From the NCBI RefSeq assembly GCF_003019035.1, contig NZ_CP027447.1: a stretch of DNA of 64,000 nucleotides; one strand, given 5' to 3'. The notes beneath the pieces are model-generated. The model made no database searches. It saw nothing but the letters and a program-made list of their open reading frames with translations, and was not told where the DNA came from. Shown one piece after another: positions 62,655 to 64,000 of this stretch. The position numbers were made by a program, and so were the translations under genes. Source of the DNA: Escherichia coli. Lineage in GTDB: Bacteria; Pseudomonadota; Gammaproteobacteria; Enterobacterales; Enterobacteriaceae. The stretch's first letter is position 1. Each line of letters begins with the position of its first letter.

Positions 62655-63407
62655 TCAGCCTTTGCTGCTTTGATCTTCATCCACCTTGCAGGTGTCCCCT
62701 TCACAGCGGAAGATCAGCGGCAGGCGCGCGCCGTAGTCGTTGATGTAGGTCAGCACCGGGGCGCTGTCCATTTTTGCCTTTAACGGCTGTGACGTTTTCG
62801 GCGACATCACCAGCGGTTTAAACCCGGCGGCGGTCGGCCCTTTCTTCTGTGTGCTGGCATCGCTGATGATGACGTGGTATGGCGTCGGGTTATTGACGGT
62901 ATAGTCCTGGCCGCTGCGCGTGAGCGTCACCTTAAACTGCCACGGTTTTCTCATGTCGATCTTCTCCAGCGCCTTTGGTCGCCAGAACAGCTTGATGCGC
63001 GTTTGCAGGGCAATTTGCAGAGTGTTGGCTTTCCCGGTCTTTGGCGGGATCTCACGCACGTTGTAGTAGAACAGGCTTTCGCGGTCAGACGGCAGCGTGT
63101 GAATGTCCGGCAGCGCCTGAATCTTCACCTGGCCGTTCATCATGGCGTCAATACGCTGCACCGGCGGCAGTACCGCCAGCGGCGAGGTGATTTTGTTGCC
63201 CTTCTCGTCTTCCAGCCAGCTTTGCGCCAGGTAAGGCAGCTTTTCGTTGTTGTTACGCAACGTCACGCTGATCGATTTATCGCCTTCGTTAAACACCAGA
63301 CGGGTGCGGTCCGGGGTGACCGAGGCGTGCGCCGCCAGGCTGACGGTGGAAAGCAGTGCCGCCAGCGCCGTGCTGACGACCATTGAACTGGATAATTTAT
63401 AAGACAT
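62655..63407 (-). CDS. yfcS: Periplasmic pilus chaperone (PapD-like)
   Basis: 250 aa from MSYKLSSS; immunoglobulin-like chaperone fold signatures. Confidence 0.8.
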   Translation of the reverse strand: MSYKLSSSMVVSTALAALLSTVSLAAHASVTPDRTRLVFNEGDKSISVTLRNNNEKLPYLAQSWLEDEKGNKITSPLAVLPPVQRIDAMMNGQVKIQALPDIHTLPSDRESLFYYNVREIPPKTGKANTLQIALQTRIKLFWRPKALEKIDMRKPWQFKVTLTRSGQDYTVNNPTPYHVIISDASTQKKGPTAAGFKPLVMSPKTSQPLKAKMDSAPVLTYINDYGARLPLIFRCEGDTCKVDEDQSSKG

Positions 63408-63426
63408 TGATCGTTCCTTAATCAGA

Positions 63427-64000
63427 TTATTGAGTAGCTGAAATTGACGTCGGCGCTTCCGTTGGTGTGACTTGCCGCGTCTGGTCCTGAATAACAGGTT
63501 TAATTTCTGGCGCTGAAGAATCAGGGGCTGCCGTTCCCTTTTGTTCACACGGCAACAACAGGCCGCTGAACAGATCGGCAGGTAGCGGCTTCGGCAATAC
63601 GATCTCGCATTGTGCGCTGCCTTCCCAGAATACCGTCATATGCTCACCCGCATTGACTCCCGCCAGATAGACATTGCCTTCATCATCCACAATGCCAACC
63701 TGCTGCTGCTCGTCGTTTTTCACTTCCGCGCCAAACGGCGGGTAGCTGCCGTCACGCAACCGCAGTACCGCCATCGCTTTTTGCCCGCTGATCACTTTGA
63801 ATTTGCGATAGCCAATTGCACCTTCCGTCAGGGTTGCCTGTACCACCGACTGGGTGGCTTCCGCATCTTCCGGCAGGTTGTTTAAATCGATATACGCCTG
63901 ATTGCGATAGTAGTTGTTAATATCGGCGACCACCGCCTTGCCAAACATATTGGTGTACACCGGCGCGCCGTTGCTTTCGACCGGCACGTCAGCAATCCCG
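63427..64000 (-). CDS. yfcU: Fimbrial usher, C-terminal part (gene continues beyond window end)
   Basis: usher C-terminal domain directly upstream of the chaperone gene; truncated by the window. Confidence 0.7.
   Translation of the reverse strand, partial: GIADVPVESNGAPVYTNMFGKAVVADINNYYRNQAYIDLNNLPEDAEATQSVVQATLTEGAIGYRKFKVISGQKAMAVLRLRDGSYPPFGAEVKNDEQQQVGIVDDEGNVYLAGVNAGEHMTVFWEGSAQCEIVLPKPLPADLFSGLLLPCEQKGTAAPDSSAPEIKPVIQDQTRQVTPTEAPTSISATQ

Overview
This window is an Escherichia coli-type chromosomal backbone carrying two insertions. Backbone genes (argT, ubiX, purF, cvpA, dedD, folC, accD, dedA, truA, usg, pdxB, then flk, yfcJ, fabB, mnmC, yfcL, epmC, yfcA, mepA, aroC, prmB, smrB, then the yfcO-yfcU fimbrial cluster) were recognised from the translated ORFs. 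Insertion 1 is a roughly 35.7 kb P2-like prophage (about 11.1-46.8 kb) between pdxB and flk, bounded by a 13-bp direct repeat that overlaps the 3' end of its integrase. It has a complete P2-type early region and late gene set, but with cargo and rearrangements: a plasmid-type ParM/ParR actin-like segregation pair in the gpA-portal gap, a six-site multi-cassette tail-fibre inversion module with a Hin/Gin-family invertase, an apparently inverted sheath-tube-tape measure block, and a hok/gef-like toxin plus a com-like zinc finger and DNA methyltransferase next to attR. Insertion 2 is a two-gene ABC-type ATPase plus HNH nuclease pair (Septu-like) between smrB and yfcO. The strongest candidates for something not yet described are the ParM/ParR pair in the prophage cargo position and the GATC-rich promoter/hairpin element with its 89-aa gene next to it. 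All calls rest on reading the sequence and ORF translations and on remembered protein families; no database search or alignment was run, so family assignments are recognition-based and start codons are approximate.
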